Of a stretch of 64,000 nt of DNA, positions 51,011 to 61,778 are shown in pieces (within the stretch, counting starts at the first letter, position 1; each line of letters starts with the position of its first letter). Made by a program: the position numbers and the translations under genes. Origin of the DNA: an uncultured cyanobacterium. Lineage in GTDB: Bacteria; Cyanobacteriota; Cyanobacteriia; PCC-9006; JAAUQQ01. Where the stretch lies: contig OY970368.1 of the NCBI GenBank assembly GCA_963718615.1, positions 1,728,001 through 1,792,000 on the forward strand, written 5' to 3'. Below the pieces are notes generated by a model. That model was given only the letters and a program-made list of their open reading frames with translations, did no database searches and had not been told where the DNA came from.

Positions 51011-51277
51011 TGTCAATTCAATTCCCTAACGGATTGTGTGGAATCATATCAGCCCATGCGCCTGAATCAGGGAGTGGTGGTGTAGGGCAACATAAAGCTC
51101 TATCAGTGATAAAACACTGCGAAATCCGTATATGACTCGCACCGCGTATCAATTGCTTCAAGGCTATTCCATACAGCAATTGCACAGTTTTGCTTTATCT
51201 AATCGCATTGAAAGCCTAGAACACTGAACCCATGATTCAAGGTTGTCTAGATTGCACCAATTTACCGGTCTTCATTC

Positions 51278-51293
51278 TGTATAGGGAAATACA
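51278..51293 (-). promoter_or_regulatory. NtcA binding site upstream of amt
   Basis: tGTA-tagggaaa-TACa (GTA-N8-TAC), with TGCAAT 22 nt downstream on the minus strand; amt1 is an established NtcA target. Confidence 0.75.
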
Positions 51294-51413
51294 TTCATTC
51301 GACGCAAAATAAACCTCGGCAGTCTCTGGAAATTCACGGACAGATTTTCTTTCGCCGCTTTTTTAAATGCTGGTCGTCTTGTTTATCCATGACTATCGCG
51401 GCGACCATTGCGG

Positions 51414-51941
51414 CTACGGCTGGGGCGATCGCGCTAAATAGGCTTGGTATCCTAACGCCTCTAGCTGGTTTTGCTTGGCTTGAACTTGGGCCTTGAGCTC
51501 AAGCCGATAGGACTGAACTTGTGCCAAAAGGGTTGGACGCTGACAGGCGAGAATTTGCACGGCGAGGAGTCCGGCATTCGTGGCATTGCCGATCGCTACG
51601 GTGGCTACCGGAATCCCGCGCGGCATTTGCACAATTGAATAGAGCGAATCCAAACCCTGAAGATGTCGGCTGGCCACCGGGACACCAATCACCGGCAGGG
51701 GCGTAATCGCTGCCACCATACCCGGTAGATGGGCTGCGCCTCCAGCTCCGGCAATAATCACCTGAATCCCGCGTTCATGGGCTGTTTGAGCGTAGTCCAC
51801 CATGCGCTCAGGGGTGCGATGGGCAGAGACAATCTCGACTTCGCAGGCAACCTGAAACTGCTCGCAGATGGCGATCGCCGCTGCCATGGTCGGCAAGTCC
51901 GAATCACTACCCATAATGATGCCGATTTCGGAAGAGGTCAT
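51414..51941 (-). CDS. purE: N5-carboxyaminoimidazole ribonucleotide mutase
   Basis: [37 protein letters not shown]. Confidence 0.97.
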   Translation of the reverse strand: MTSSEIGIIMGSDSDLPTMAAAIAICEQFQVACEVEIVSAHRTPERMVDYAQTAHERGIQVIIAGAGGAAHLPGMVAAITPLPVIGVPVASRHLQGLDSLYSIVQMPRGIPVATVAIGNATNAGLLAVQILACQRPTLLAQVQSYRLELKAQVQAKQNQLEALGYQAYLARSPQP

Positions 51942-52360
51942 TGCGATCGATCCTTGTACATGAGCCTTTTACACGAGCGCTGAGGGGCTGATTTCAGCCG
52001 CAAGTTAGCGATCGCTAACTTTGTGCCCTATTGTGACACCGATCCCCGGTCCCTCCTGCAATCTACCGCAATCCATCTATCTAAAATAGAGGTAAGGGCG
52101 ATCGGGATCGATAGACCCCAGAGCGCTCTAGCAGACGTTGATCCCCAGACCCCTGCTTCCTAGAGGATCAACTTAAACCATCATCCTGAAGAGGCTTTGC
52201 CATCTGTTTATGAAGTTTGTCAAATTTTGAAAGGGACGTGATTTCAAGGCGACCAGAGTACTATCCTGGAGGGGAACCATTTGCTGATTGTCCCTGTGGA
52301 CTGACGTTCCGACCGAGTTTTAAGCCCTTAACGTTTCACGGCAATAGCTCTATTCAAACT

Positions 52361-53623
52361 ATGACTCCAGCCGTTCAGCCCAGTCTCCTCAAAGTTCAAC
52401 CCCTTGCGGAGACGTCGCGACGTACGATGCTGATCACCAATGTTCGTCTGCCAGGCTACAACGGCCTGAAGCGACTTTGGATCTCCCCAGAGGGAGAGGT
52501 TCAGGCGATTGAGGCGATGGATCAATCCTTTGAGCGGATCCCACCTGAAGACCTTGCGGTGGTGAATCTCGAAAAAGATTGGTTGTCCTTAGGCGGAATT
52601 GATTTACAGATTAACGGGGCTCAGGGGGTGGCCTTCCCTGAATTGTGCCTAGAGAATGCCGATCGCCTGCCTGAGATCTGTCAATTTCTCTGGGAACAGG
52701 GGATCGATGCCTTTTTGCCCACCCTGGTCACCTGTTCAATTGAGCAACTTCACCAGGCCCTTCAGGTCCTGCAGAACTATTGCAAGCGACCTTCTGAGGC
52801 GAATGCAGCCAAGATTTTGGGGGTTCATCTAGAAGGACCTTGTTTGAATCCGCAGAAGCGAGGAGCCCATCCAGAAGAGCATTTGCAACCCCTCACCCTA
52901 GAGACGATGGAGCAGGTCCTGGGTGACTACGGTGATCTGGTCAAAATGGTAACCCTGGCTCCGGAGCTGGATCCCAGTGGTGTGGTGATTCGGGCGTTGA
53001 TTCAACGGGGCATTATCGTGAGTTTGGGTCATTCCCAAGCGACAGCGGCGGAAGCGGTGCGTGCCTTCAATCAAGGGGCAACGTTGGTGACCCATGCCTT
53101 TAATGCCATGCCGGGATTGCACCATCGGGAGCCAGGGTTGCTAGGGGCGGCGCTGCTACAACCAGGAGTTCGTTGTGGGTTCATTGCCGATGGGCAGCAT
53201 ATTTCGCCGATGATGCTGCGGCTGTTGCTTCAGATGGGCCGCGACCATTTATTTTTAGTGAGCGATGCGCTGGCTCCCTTGGGTCTGCCAGATGGCACCT
53301 ATCCCTGGGATAGCCGGGAGATTCAGGTAGATCAGGGCACCGCTCGGTTAGCCGATGGCACGATTTCGGGCACGACGCTGCCGCTGTTGTCCGGGGTGTG
53401 TAATTTGGTCAAGTGGGATTTGTGTTCGGTGGAAGAGGCGATCGCCCTCGCCACCACCACCCCTAGACAAGCCTTAGGCTGGGAGCCGGGGGGCGAAGAC
53501 GACGAAATTCCCAGTAGTCTGCTGCGGGATCGGCTCTATCTAGGGCGCTCGATTCACCAGTTCTTGCGCTGGACGATAGACCCCAATTCCCATGAGTTGA
53601 CCTGGAAGCGGTTGGGTCGTTGA
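52361..53623 (+). CDS. nagA: N-acetylglucosamine-6-phosphate deacetylase
   Basis: DLQING, HLEGP...KRGAH, TLAPE, SLGHS, THAFNAM, IADGQH, VSDA. Confidence 0.92.
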   Translation: MTPAVQPSLLKVQPLAETSRRTMLITNVRLPGYNGLKRLWISPEGEVQAIEAMDQSFERIPPEDLAVVNLEKDWLSLGGIDLQINGAQGVAFPELCLENADRLPEICQFLWEQGIDAFLPTLVTCSIEQLHQALQVLQNYCKRPSEANAAKILGVHLEGPCLNPQKRGAHPEEHLQPLTLETMEQVLGDYGDLVKMVTLAPELDPSGVVIRALIQRGIIVSLGHSQATAAEAVRAFNQGATLVTHAFNAMPGLHHREPGLLGAALLQPGVRCGFIADGQHISPMMLRLLLQMGRDHLFLVSDALAPLGLPDGTYPWDSREIQVDQGTARLADGTISGTTLPLLSGVCNLVKWDLCSVEEAIALATTTPRQALGWEPGGEDDEIPSSLLRDRLYLGRSIHQFLRWTIDPNSHELTWKRLGR

Positions 53624-53721
53624 CGATCGCCCCTTCCCGTCCATTCCTTCACCAATCGGCAATCCTCGGCTGTTGGTATCTGTACTAAGATTCTTAAAGC
53701 GATGCAATCGTCTTTATACCT

Positions 53722-54456
53722 ATGACAGCGACCAACAGCCAACCCTCTCTCCCCAATTCAACCGACGACAAAACCGTTGTTCGGGATTATTTCAATGCCA
53801 CTGGTTTCGATCGCTGGCGGCGGATTTATGGCACGACGGATGAAGTGAACAAGGTACAGATGGACATCCGGGTGGGTCATCAGCAAACCGTGGATACATT
53901 ATTGGGCTGGCTTGATGCCGATGGTAATGTCTCCGAACTGACGATTTGTGATGCAGGCTGCGGGGTAGGAAGTCTGAGCTTGCCCTTGCTAGAGCGGGGA
54001 GCCCAGGTTTTTGCCAGCGACATTTCAGAAAAAATGGTCATTGAGGCCAAGGAGCGGGCCGAGGCGCAGTTTGGTTCTCTAGACCGAGTGGAGTTTTCAG
54101 TGCAAGACCTAGAACACATTACAGGCCGGTATCACACGGTGGTCTGCCTTGATGTGCTGATTCACTATCCCACCGAGCAGGCCGCAGCCATGATTGGCCA
54201 TCTGGCAAGCCTTGCGGAGCAGCGTTTGGTGCTGAGCTTTGCGCCCAAGACCTGTTTGCTGACGATCCTGAAAAAAATTGGTGAGTTTTTCCCTGGCCCC
54301 AGCAAAACAACCCGTGCTTACCAGCATCGCGAAGCCGATATTGTGAAAATTTTGGAAAGCTGTGGGTTTGAAATCCAGCGCAAAGCCATGACGAGTACCC
54401 GCTTTTACTTCTCCCGAATGGTGGAAGCCGTGCGCCCCTCGACCTCAGGTGCCTAA
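53722..54456 (+). CDS. chlM: Magnesium-protoporphyrin IX methyltransferase
   Basis: YFN.TGFDRW..IYG, DAGCGVG, CLDVLIHYP, FPGPSK.TRAY. Confidence 0.96.
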   Translation: MTATNSQPSLPNSTDDKTVVRDYFNATGFDRWRRIYGTTDEVNKVQMDIRVGHQQTVDTLLGWLDADGNVSELTICDAGCGVGSLSLPLLERGAQVFASDISEKMVIEAKERAEAQFGSLDRVEFSVQDLEHITGRYHTVVCLDVLIHYPTEQAAAMIGHLASLAEQRLVLSFAPKTCLLTILKKIGEFFPGPSKTTRAYQHREADIVKILESCGFEIQRKAMTSTRFYFSRMVEAVRPSTSGA

Positions 54457-54506
54457 GGTTAGGGTTGCCTAGAAAGCAGACACAAACCAAAAGTAGGAAC
54501 AAACTA

Positions 54507-54540
54507 AAAGTAGGGACGAACTGCGGTTCGTCCCTACTTT
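54507..54540. terminator. Perfect inverted repeat between convergent chlM and rnhA (terminator or GTAG-type REP)
   Basis: aaagtagggacgaac-tgcg-gttcgtccctacttt, 15-bp stem. Confidence 0.7.
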
Positions 54541-54650
54541 CGTTGGTGAATGGATTTGAGTGAATTTAGCCCCCAGAAAGGGCCGGGTTGGATGGGGCGG
54601 ATGAGGCTTGCCGGTTTTGACGCAGGAGCAGGTGGAATAAAACGCGGGTT

Positions 54651-55709
54651 TTAATCAACACGCTCTAGCTGCCAGAGAATTTGATTTCCCTCACGGCGGA
54701 CACGGGAGACGACCCAATTGCGCCAGACCCATTGCTCTCCTCGACTGGTAACGGCGCTAGCGTTAACGTCCATTAAATCAGCAAGCTCAGAGCTGCTAAT
54801 CAAATAGCCTTTGTCGGCAATCTCGTCCGCCATATTGAGCGTGTCTACCATGTTACGAACCTGGGCAACACGAACCTCGCGTGGGAGATTACCGCTAGAC
54901 TCATGGGATTGTGAACTTTCGTGGTCCATGCTGTGCTCTGTAAGGCGATCTTCGGTATGAATTTCTGCGTTAAACGTCGCTTCTATCCATCCTAACGTGT
55001 CTTCTTGTGAATCGACGTGCTCCGTCACACTAAAACCTGAATTATCAGTGAATTTTGACGAAGATTCTGGCTTATTTGCCTTGATTTCCGATTTTTGGCC
55101 TGATCTCACCCCTGGGCTAGATGCTGTCTCATTCGAGGCCGTAGAAAGTAAGCTGGGCATGGCTGCGGGCGGTTCTGCAAGCTGGCACTGGGCGAGGCGA
55201 GGCGGACGTCCGGCGGCAAATCCGGTGGCGATCGCATCACACCGTTCATTACCGGGAACCCCTGCATGGCCTCGTACATGCTGCCAGGTCACCTGGGGAT
55301 GGTTGAGGGCATCAAGCGCTTGCCATAGGTCTTGATTGAGGACAGGTTTCCCCTGGGCCGTTTTCCAGCCTTTGCGCTTCCAGCCCTTGATCCACTGGGT
55401 AATACCTTTGAGCACATATTCACTATCAATATGCAGCGTCATCGGCTGCTGGGGAGGGGCGAGGTCTGGATGGGCGGTAATGTATTCGAGGGCGGCGATC
55501 GCCGCCTGCATTTCCATCCGATTATTGGTTGAGTTCGGTTCCGCCCCGCCCAGTTCCTGTACCTGCCCGTCGCTTAACTCAATGCGGGTCCCCCAGCCAC
55601 CGGGTCCGGGATTTCCCGAACAGGCACCATCGGTATAGATAGCCTTGATATAAACCGCAGAGGATAAATCGGCAACAGCGTTCGGACGGGATTGACGAGG
55701 CGTGGCCAT
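54651..55709 (-). CDS. rnhA: Ribonuclease HI with C-terminal extension domain
   Basis: [48 protein letters not shown]. Confidence 0.93.
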   Translation of the reverse strand: MATPRQSRPNAVADLSSAVYIKAIYTDGACSGNPGPGGWGTRIELSDGQVQELGGAEPNSTNNRMEMQAAIAALEYITAHPDLAPPQQPMTLHIDSEYVLKGITQWIKGWKRKGWKTAQGKPVLNQDLWQALDALNHPQVTWQHVRGHAGVPGNERCDAIATGFAAGRPPRLAQCQLAEPPAAMPSLLSTASNETASSPGVRSGQKSEIKANKPESSSKFTDNSGFSVTEHVDSQEDTLGWIEATFNAEIHTEDRLTEHSMDHESSQSHESSGNLPREVRVAQVRNMVDTLNMADEIADKGYLISSSELADLMDVNASAVTSRGEQWVWRNWVVSRVRREGNQILWQLERVD

Positions 55710-55903
55710 AGAACTTTCGCTTACGGGGTGAAAATACAGCCGAACTAGCCTAGCACTGTTGGGCTGGAGCATTTGCTGGGGCATTTGCTGAGGTTAGCCG
55801 CTGAAGCTTGCATTGGGGCCATATGATAGAGACACTGAGGTTTGACCGTTTTAAGCAACCCTTTTTTTAGCCGATTTTTAGCTTAACCATCTTTAGCTTA
55901 ACC

Positions 55904-57127
55904 ATGGATACCAAAGCCTTCAAGCGTGCGCTCAACCACTCCGATCGCTATAACCGCAAAGGATTTGGTCGAGCGGAAGAAATCTCTGGAAGCCTCGATC
56001 GGGCCTATCAAAGCGGTCTGATTCAAGAAATTCGCAATCAACAGTATTCCCTCCAGCGGGGAGATGTGACGATTCGGTTAGCGGAGTCCTTCGGCTTTTG
56101 TTGGGGCGTCGAGCGTGCTGTGGCCATGGCCTACGAAACTCGTCAGCATTTCCCTACGGAGCGGATTTGGATCACAAATGAAATCATCCACAACCCTTCG
56201 GTGAATCAGCACCTGCGAGAGATGGACGTGCAGTTTATCGAAGTAAACGGTGAAGAGAAGGACTTTTCCGAGGTAGGCCGGGGGGACGTGGTGATTTTGC
56301 CTGCCTTCGGTGCGAGTGTGCAGGAAATGAAGCTGCTGAATGATCTAGGCTGCAATATCGTAGATACGACTTGTCCCTGGGTTTCGAAGGTGTGGAACTC
56401 GGTGGAGAAGCACAAGCGAGCGGACTATACTTCGATTATTCATGGCAAATATAAGCATGAAGAAACCATCGCCACCAGCTCCTTTGCCGGAACCTATTTG
56501 GTGGTTCTGAATTTGACAGAAGCCCAGTATGTGGCGGATTACATTTTGCAGGGGGGCGATCGCGCAGCCTTCCTGGAAAAATTCAAAAACGCCTATTCCG
56601 AAGGGTTCGATCCCGATCGCGATCTGATCCGGGTGGGTGTAGCCAATCAAACCACAATGCTCAAGGGAGAAACGGAAGATATTGGCAAATTGTTTGAGCG
56701 GACGATGCTGAAAAAGTATGGCCCCACAGCGCTCAATCAGCATTTTATGGCGTTCAATACGATTTGCGATGCCACCCAAGAACGTCAGGATGCGATGTTT
56801 CAGTTGGTCGATGAACCGCTGGATTTAATTGTGGTGATCGGGGGCTATAACTCATCGAACACCACCCATTTACAAGAAATTGCCATTGAGCGGAGGATTG
56901 CCTCTTACCATATTGATTCAGGCGATCGCATCGGTCCCGGCAATCGGATTGAGCACAAGCCCTTGGATGGGGATTTAACGGTGGTTGAAAACTGGTTGCC
57001 CTCAGGCAAACTTGTAGTAGGTATTACCTCAGGGGCTTCGACGCCCGATAAGGTGGTTGAAACGGTGATCGAAAGGATTTTTGAGCTGAAGGGCGCGGTG
57101 GCGATCGCCCCTAGGTATTCAAGCTGA
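55904..57127 (+). CDS. ispH: 4-hydroxy-3-methylbut-2-enyl diphosphate reductase
   Basis: [46 protein letters not shown]. Confidence 0.97.
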   Translation: MDTKAFKRALNHSDRYNRKGFGRAEEISGSLDRAYQSGLIQEIRNQQYSLQRGDVTIRLAESFGFCWGVERAVAMAYETRQHFPTERIWITNEIIHNPSVNQHLREMDVQFIEVNGEEKDFSEVGRGDVVILPAFGASVQEMKLLNDLGCNIVDTTCPWVSKVWNSVEKHKRADYTSIIHGKYKHEETIATSSFAGTYLVVLNLTEAQYVADYILQGGDRAAFLEKFKNAYSEGFDPDRDLIRVGVANQTTMLKGETEDIGKLFERTMLKKYGPTALNQHFMAFNTICDATQERQDAMFQLVDEPLDLIVVIGGYNSSNTTHLQEIAIERRIASYHIDSGDRIGPGNRIEHKPLDGDLTVVENWLPSGKLVVGITSGASTPDKVVETVIERIFELKGAVAIAPRYSS

Positions 57128-57266
57128 GACGCGGCTGCCTCAGGAGAGATTCTGTCCTCAGAGGCTTGCCAAGATACAAATAATTAAGAATTATGTAGGC
57201 AGGATCAAAGTAGGATCAGTCAGCAATTAGGACCGAAGCCCACCTCTACCCCCCTTGGAGTCGCCC

Positions 57267-58739
57267 ATGTACATCGTGCAAATCGCTTCGGAATGCGCCC
57301 CTGTGATTAAGGCGGGCGGTCTCGGAGATGTGGTCTATGGCCTCAGTCAAGAACTGGAAGCCCAAGGCCACTGCGTCGAGCTGATTTTGCCGAAGTACGA
57401 TTGCATGCGCTACGACCATATTTGGGGCATGCACGATGCCTACAAAGACCTTTGGGTGCCCTGGAATGGCGGTTCGGTGCATACCTCTGTCTATTGTGGC
57501 TGGGTGCATGGTCGGGTTTGTTTCTTTATTGAACCCCACTCGGATAATCGCTATTTCGATCGCGGCTGCTATTACGGTGAATTCGATGACCAAATGCGCT
57601 TTGCCTTCTTTAGCAAAGCGGCCCTAGAATTTTTGCTCCAAAGCAACAAGCGCCCTGACATCATCCACTGCCACGATTGGCAAACGGGTCTTATTCCCGT
57701 CATGCTCTATGAGATGTATCAGTACTACGGCATGGATCGGCAGCGGGTGTGCTACACGATTCACAACTTTAAGCACCAGGGCATTGGTCAGCTCGATATT
57801 CTCCAAGCCACGGGGCTCAATCGTCCTGATTACTACTATCAGTTTGAGCGGCTGCGGGATAATAGCGGCAGCGCCATCAACTTTATGAAGGGTGGCATTG
57901 TCTACGCGAACTATGTGAATACGGTCTCGCCGCACCACGCCTGGGAAGCCCGGTTTAGTGATGTGGGCTGCGGCCTCCAAGGGGTGCTAGATTTCCACCA
58001 GGCTAAATTCGGCGGCATCCTCAATGGCATTAGCTACGATTTTTGGGATCCGGAGAGCGATCGCTACATCCCCCACCACTACAGCAAGAGCGACCTCACG
58101 GGCAAAGAGGACAACAAAAAGGCTTTGCGCGATCGCCTCACGATGCGTCAGGTGGATAAACCCTTGGTTTGTTTTATCGGTCGCCTCGACCAGCAAAAGG
58201 GCGTTCACCTGGTCCACCACGCCATCTACTATGCCCTCAACCAACGGGCGCAATTTGTCATGCTGGGCTCGGCAACGGAACAAACGATTAATGACCAGTT
58301 CTGGCGCGAAAAGAATCATCTCAATAACAATCCCGATGCCCACCTCGAAATTGGCTACAACGAGGAGTTAGCGCATCTGATCTATGCAGCGGCAGATATT
58401 ATCGTGGTTCCCAGCAATTACGAGCCCTGCGGTCTGACCCAGGTGATTTCGATGAAATACGGCACTGTGCCGGTGGTGCGCGGTGTGGGCGGTTTGCTGA
58501 ATACGGTGTTCGATTGGGATTATGACGAAACCCATCCCCTGGAAGAACGTAATGGCTTTGTCTTCTATCAGCAGGACTTTAAGGCGCTAGAGTCGGCCAT
58601 GAGTCGGGCGATCGGGCTTTGGTATGGCGATCGCGAAACCTTCCAGCAGCTCCAAAGCCAAGGCATGGAGTATGACTATTCCTGGAAAGAACCTGCCGAA
58701 AAATACAATGGCGTCTACGAATTTATTCGAGCCAAATAA
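57267..58739 (+). CDS. glgA: Glycogen synthase
   Basis: ECAP..KAGGLGDV, HCHDWQT, GRL..QKG, PS.YEPCGLTQ. Confidence 0.96.
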   Translation: MYIVQIASECAPVIKAGGLGDVVYGLSQELEAQGHCVELILPKYDCMRYDHIWGMHDAYKDLWVPWNGGSVHTSVYCGWVHGRVCFFIEPHSDNRYFDRGCYYGEFDDQMRFAFFSKAALEFLLQSNKRPDIIHCHDWQTGLIPVMLYEMYQYYGMDRQRVCYTIHNFKHQGIGQLDILQATGLNRPDYYYQFERLRDNSGSAINFMKGGIVYANYVNTVSPHHAWEARFSDVGCGLQGVLDFHQAKFGGILNGISYDFWDPESDRYIPHHYSKSDLTGKEDNKKALRDRLTMRQVDKPLVCFIGRLDQQKGVHLVHHAIYYALNQRAQFVMLGSATEQTINDQFWREKNHLNNNPDAHLEIGYNEELAHLIYAAADIIVVPSNYEPCGLTQVISMKYGTVPVVRGVGGLLNTVFDWDYDETHPLEERNGFVFYQQDFKALESAMSRAIGLWYGDRETFQQLQSQGMEYDYSWKEPAEKYNGVYEFIRAK

Positions 58740-58750
58740 GCCCACTCGTA

Positions 58751-58781
58751 CCCTAGGGACAGAACATTCCTGCCCCTAGGG
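58751..58781. terminator. Hairpin between convergent glgA and PIN-like gene
   Basis: ccctagggacag ... ctgcccctaggg inverted repeat. Confidence 0.5.
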
Positions 58782-58804
58782 ACTGTCCTTTAACTTTTTG
58801 GGAC

Positions 58805-59482
58805 TCATGTGTTCCAATTCGCAGGCAACTGAGCAATCTCATCCAGCAAAAAATTAGGGTACACCCAAATATGGGATTTTCGATAAAGATTGCTGAGTAA
58901 TGGCTTCAACTGCCCCGTTTTATCCCAAGGTTGTAAATCTGAGTCCAGTTCACAAAATCCCGTCCAGCCCAATTCCGCGTTTAGTGCTTCTGCTTGGACC
59001 AAGATAGCTGATAAAATTGCCAAATCATAAGGCTTAAGCAATACATCAAGAGAGCCTAGTTCAACCTGTCGCTCTAGCATTTGTTCTGATAACGGAAAGA
59101 TATGCAGACCAGGATTGTGGAATAACGCTTTTAGCTTGCTAGAGACTTTGGTCAGTTCGTGGGCAACTAAGCCATCAAATTTTTCAAAAACCCGAAACGC
59201 AGCTTCAGCATCAACGGTGCTAATCTGCGCAGTTTCTCGCGCCCAGCGAACGAACTTACGAAAATCCTCAGAGCGAGACCGGGGAGTAAACCGCCGGGGA
59301 ACCGTTTCTCGGGCTTCAGCTAAACAAATGGCAGGAACATACAAAGCAAACTCTCCTCCATTTGCCTGCTCCAAAAGTTGCAATGCTTGTGGACTTTGCA
59401 AATGGGCTGGAGCAATAATATCGACAACCCAATTTGTCTCAACAAAAACAGCCTTGGGTTTCACGGGGCACATGGGTTTCAC
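58805..59482 (-). CDS. PIN-domain-like ribonuclease
   Basis: VFVETNWV, PAICLAEA, YDLAIL, CELDSDL acidic pattern. Likely GTG start at 59482 overlapping the upstream TGA (alternatives 59500, 59473). Confidence 0.6.
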   Translation of the reverse strand: MKPMCPVKPKAVFVETNWVVDIIAPAHLQSPQALQLLEQANGGEFALYVPAICLAEARETVPRRFTPRSRSEDFRKFVRWARETAQISTVDAEAAFRVFEKFDGLVAHELTKVSSKLKALFHNPGLHIFPLSEQMLERQVELGSLDVLLKPYDLAILSAILVQAEALNAELGWTGFCELDSDLQPWDKTGQLKPLLSNLYRKSHIWVYPNFLLDEIAQLPANWNT

Positions 59483-59946
59483 GGAGCAACAGGACTCCAT
59501 CGAGGATGGGTGACTAAAATTTCACCCAACCGCAATAATCCCAATACCGTTCCACCCAGCAGTTCACCCCAAGCATCCGGTAGTGATTCTGGGTCCGTAA
59601 ATAGTTTGAGGCTTTCTAGCCATTGCTGGACCCGAACCTCGAATTCGGCATAGGATTCCTGGCGATTAGGACGCTCTAAAGCGGTGAGCAATTCATGGGG
59701 TAAGCGGGCTTCTCCCATTTTTTGAATAGAAGCTCCATTAACAGATTCTAAAGAATCGCGCAGCAAAATGATTCGGGCTCCTGTGATTAACAACCCAGTT
59801 GAGCAGCCCATTGCCACCATTGCATGCGTTAGCTGTGCTATTCCAGTGCGAACTTGAGATTTACTATCGTTGAGCTTGATTTCAACAAGCATTAAATACT
59901 CGCCGTCTGGACTGACTAAAACAATATCGGGCTGGGATGAGATCAT
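59479..59946 (-). CDS. Small PD-(D/E)XK nuclease-fold protein
   Basis: PDIVLV...LVEIK motif; GGAGG RBS upstream. Confidence 0.6.
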   Translation of the reverse strand: MISSQPDIVLVSPDGEYLMLVEIKLNDSKSQVRTGIAQLTHAMVAMGCSTGLLITGARIILLRDSLESVNGASIQKMGEARLPHELLTALERPNRQESYAEFEVRVQQWLESLKLFTDPESLPDAWGELLGGTVLGLLRLGEILVTHPRWSPVAP

Positions 59947-60021
59947 CGAAACCTCCGGGAAACCCCTTGCTTCAGGTAGGGGAGGATGTCAACATAAAAA
60001 TCATGATAGCTATTGGAGCAA

Positions 60022-61494
60022 TTATCGCGCTTCCCAAAAGCGGATGGTGCGGTCTTCGCTGGCGCTGATCAGCTGGGAGCCTGGTCCATTAAATACAAGC
60101 CCCGTTACCGTGGAATCATGACCCGGCAAAACTCCTAGGAGTTCGCCCGTGTGGTAGTCCCAGAGGCGAATATCGGAGTCGTCGCCGCCTGCGGCGAGGG
60201 TGCGGCGATCGCTACTAAAGGCGATCGCCTTCACCGGCCCCTTCAATCCCAACAGCCGCCGATGGTAGCTGCCATCGCGAAACGACCAAAGCTTAATACT
60301 CCCATCACTGCCCCCTGCGGCCAGGAAAGCACTATCCGGGCTAATTTGCAGCAGCGGATCTCCTAAGGTGCTGTCCTCAAACTCGATCAGCGCCTTTCCG
60401 GTCTGGGCATACCAGAGCTTCAAGGGTTCATCCAAAATTCCCGTCACTAAAGTCTTGCCATCTCGACTCAGCGCCAGGGAGCCAATGCCGCTGCTGCCGG
60501 GGGACCATTGCTGCACAATGCGACCCGTCGCGAGATTCCATCGTCGAATCGTGCCATCTGCGCCACCGCTGACCAAGCTTGCCCCATCTCCGCTAAACGC
60601 CAGACCTCGAACAGGCCGTTCTTCATGTCCCAACAGCGTTGCTAAAAGCTGGACCTTGGGCAAACTCCACAGCTCAATCACCCCCTCCCGGCTCCCGGTG
60701 GCAAACCGACGCTGGGATGGACCGAGGGCCAACGTGAGGATGGGGCCATGGCGGCTGCGCAGGTGGTCCAATACCCGGCCCGTAGACAGGCTCCAGCGCA
60801 GCAACGTGTGGTCAGCACAGGCGGTTAACAAGGTGCGACTGTCCGTGGAAAGGGCGATCGCCGTCACGCCACTCTCAAGCTTGTCCCAGGTTTCGACCCA
60901 TTGCCAAGTGACCGTCGAACTCGGCGGGGCATAGTAGACTGGCGAGGTCTTGGGCGGTTGCTGCCGTTCAGAGCGCGGGAAATCTGGGGCGGGACGAGGG
61001 GGCGGTGGGTTGGGAGATGGGTTAGAAAATGGGTTGGGAGATGGGTTAGAGGATGGCCTGGGAGAGTCCCTGGAAGATTCCCTGGGCGGCTGATAATACC
61101 GATAGGGCGATCGCGGCGGGGTTCTAGGGCCTGGGGGGGGTGGTGGATTGGTGGATTGGCGAGTTGATGGACGAGAGGTGGCGCTAGGCGTTTTAGGGGT
61201 CTTCGGGGTTGAGGGAGCAGCCGGAGCAGGGCTCGGCGAAGCTGGCGCGGACGGAGCCTGGGGATGGGCCTTGGGAGGATAGATCTTGGGAGGATGGGCT
61301 TTGAGATATTCGTAGGCCGCATTAATGCGCTTAAAGGCTTCCTCCGCCTGGGCCTTTTCAGTCGAATCCGTGAAGCGATCCGGATGCCAAGTGCGCGCTA
61401 AACGCCGATAGGCCCGCTTGATCTCATCTGGGGTGGCATCGAACGCGAGGCCAAGAATTTGATACGAGTCTTTCCGGGAGTCGTGGGGCATCAA
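60022..61494 (-). CDS. DnaJ domain + proline-rich linker + WD40 repeat protein
   Basis: J-domain with HPD; Pro/Ser-rich linker; about seven WD40 repeats ([22 protein letters not shown]). Confidence 0.9.
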   Translation of the reverse strand: MMPHDSRKDSYQILGLAFDATPDEIKRAYRRLARTWHPDRFTDSTEKAQAEEAFKRINAAYEYLKAHPPKIYPPKAHPQAPSAPASPSPAPAAPSTPKTPKTPSATSRPSTRQSTNPPPPPGPRTPPRSPYRYYQPPRESSRDSPRPSSNPSPNPFSNPSPNPPPPRPAPDFPRSERQQPPKTSPVYYAPPSSTVTWQWVETWDKLESGVTAIALSTDSRTLLTACADHTLLRWSLSTGRVLDHLRSRHGPILTLALGPSQRRFATGSREGVIELWSLPKVQLLATLLGHEERPVRGLAFSGDGASLVSGGADGTIRRWNLATGRIVQQWSPGSSGIGSLALSRDGKTLVTGILDEPLKLWYAQTGKALIEFEDSTLGDPLLQISPDSAFLAAGGSDGSIKLWSFRDGSYHRRLLGLKGPVKAIAFSSDRRTLAAGGDDSDIRLWDYHTGELLGVLPGHDSTVTGLVFNGPGSQLISASEDRTIRFWEAR

Positions 61495-61778
61495 GAACGG
61501 CGGATCGCAAACCGATTGGGGGACGGATTCATCAACGGATTGAGCAACAGATTTATCAACGGATGCATAGATGGAACATCGACAGCCTAGGGGCCATCAT
61601 TAGCCTCATCCCATAGCTTCATCATACGGTTCTAGCGCCCACTCCCATGCGATCGCCTCCCCCAGTGACTTTCCCCGTGACGTCCCCAGCGACTTTCCCA
61701 GCGCCCGAGCGGGGCCATGCCCCGACACACAACGTTGACCGAGACCGCTAAGATTTTATACAGGCTGTAAGGTTTTTT

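Noticed and set aside
52217-52360. Long N-terminal extension of nagA in the ORF track (likewise rpn 27357, Rieske 30112, DGC 23597)
   Set aside because: Upstream in-frame starts that are mostly TTG/GTG or overlap a neighbouring gene; downstream ATGs fit family N-termini better.
58640-60200. HIP1 gap over the PIN pair as proof of horizontal transfer
   Set aside because: Similar 1.5-2 kb HIP1 gaps occur elsewhere (e.g. around cyAbrB), so it is not significant alone.
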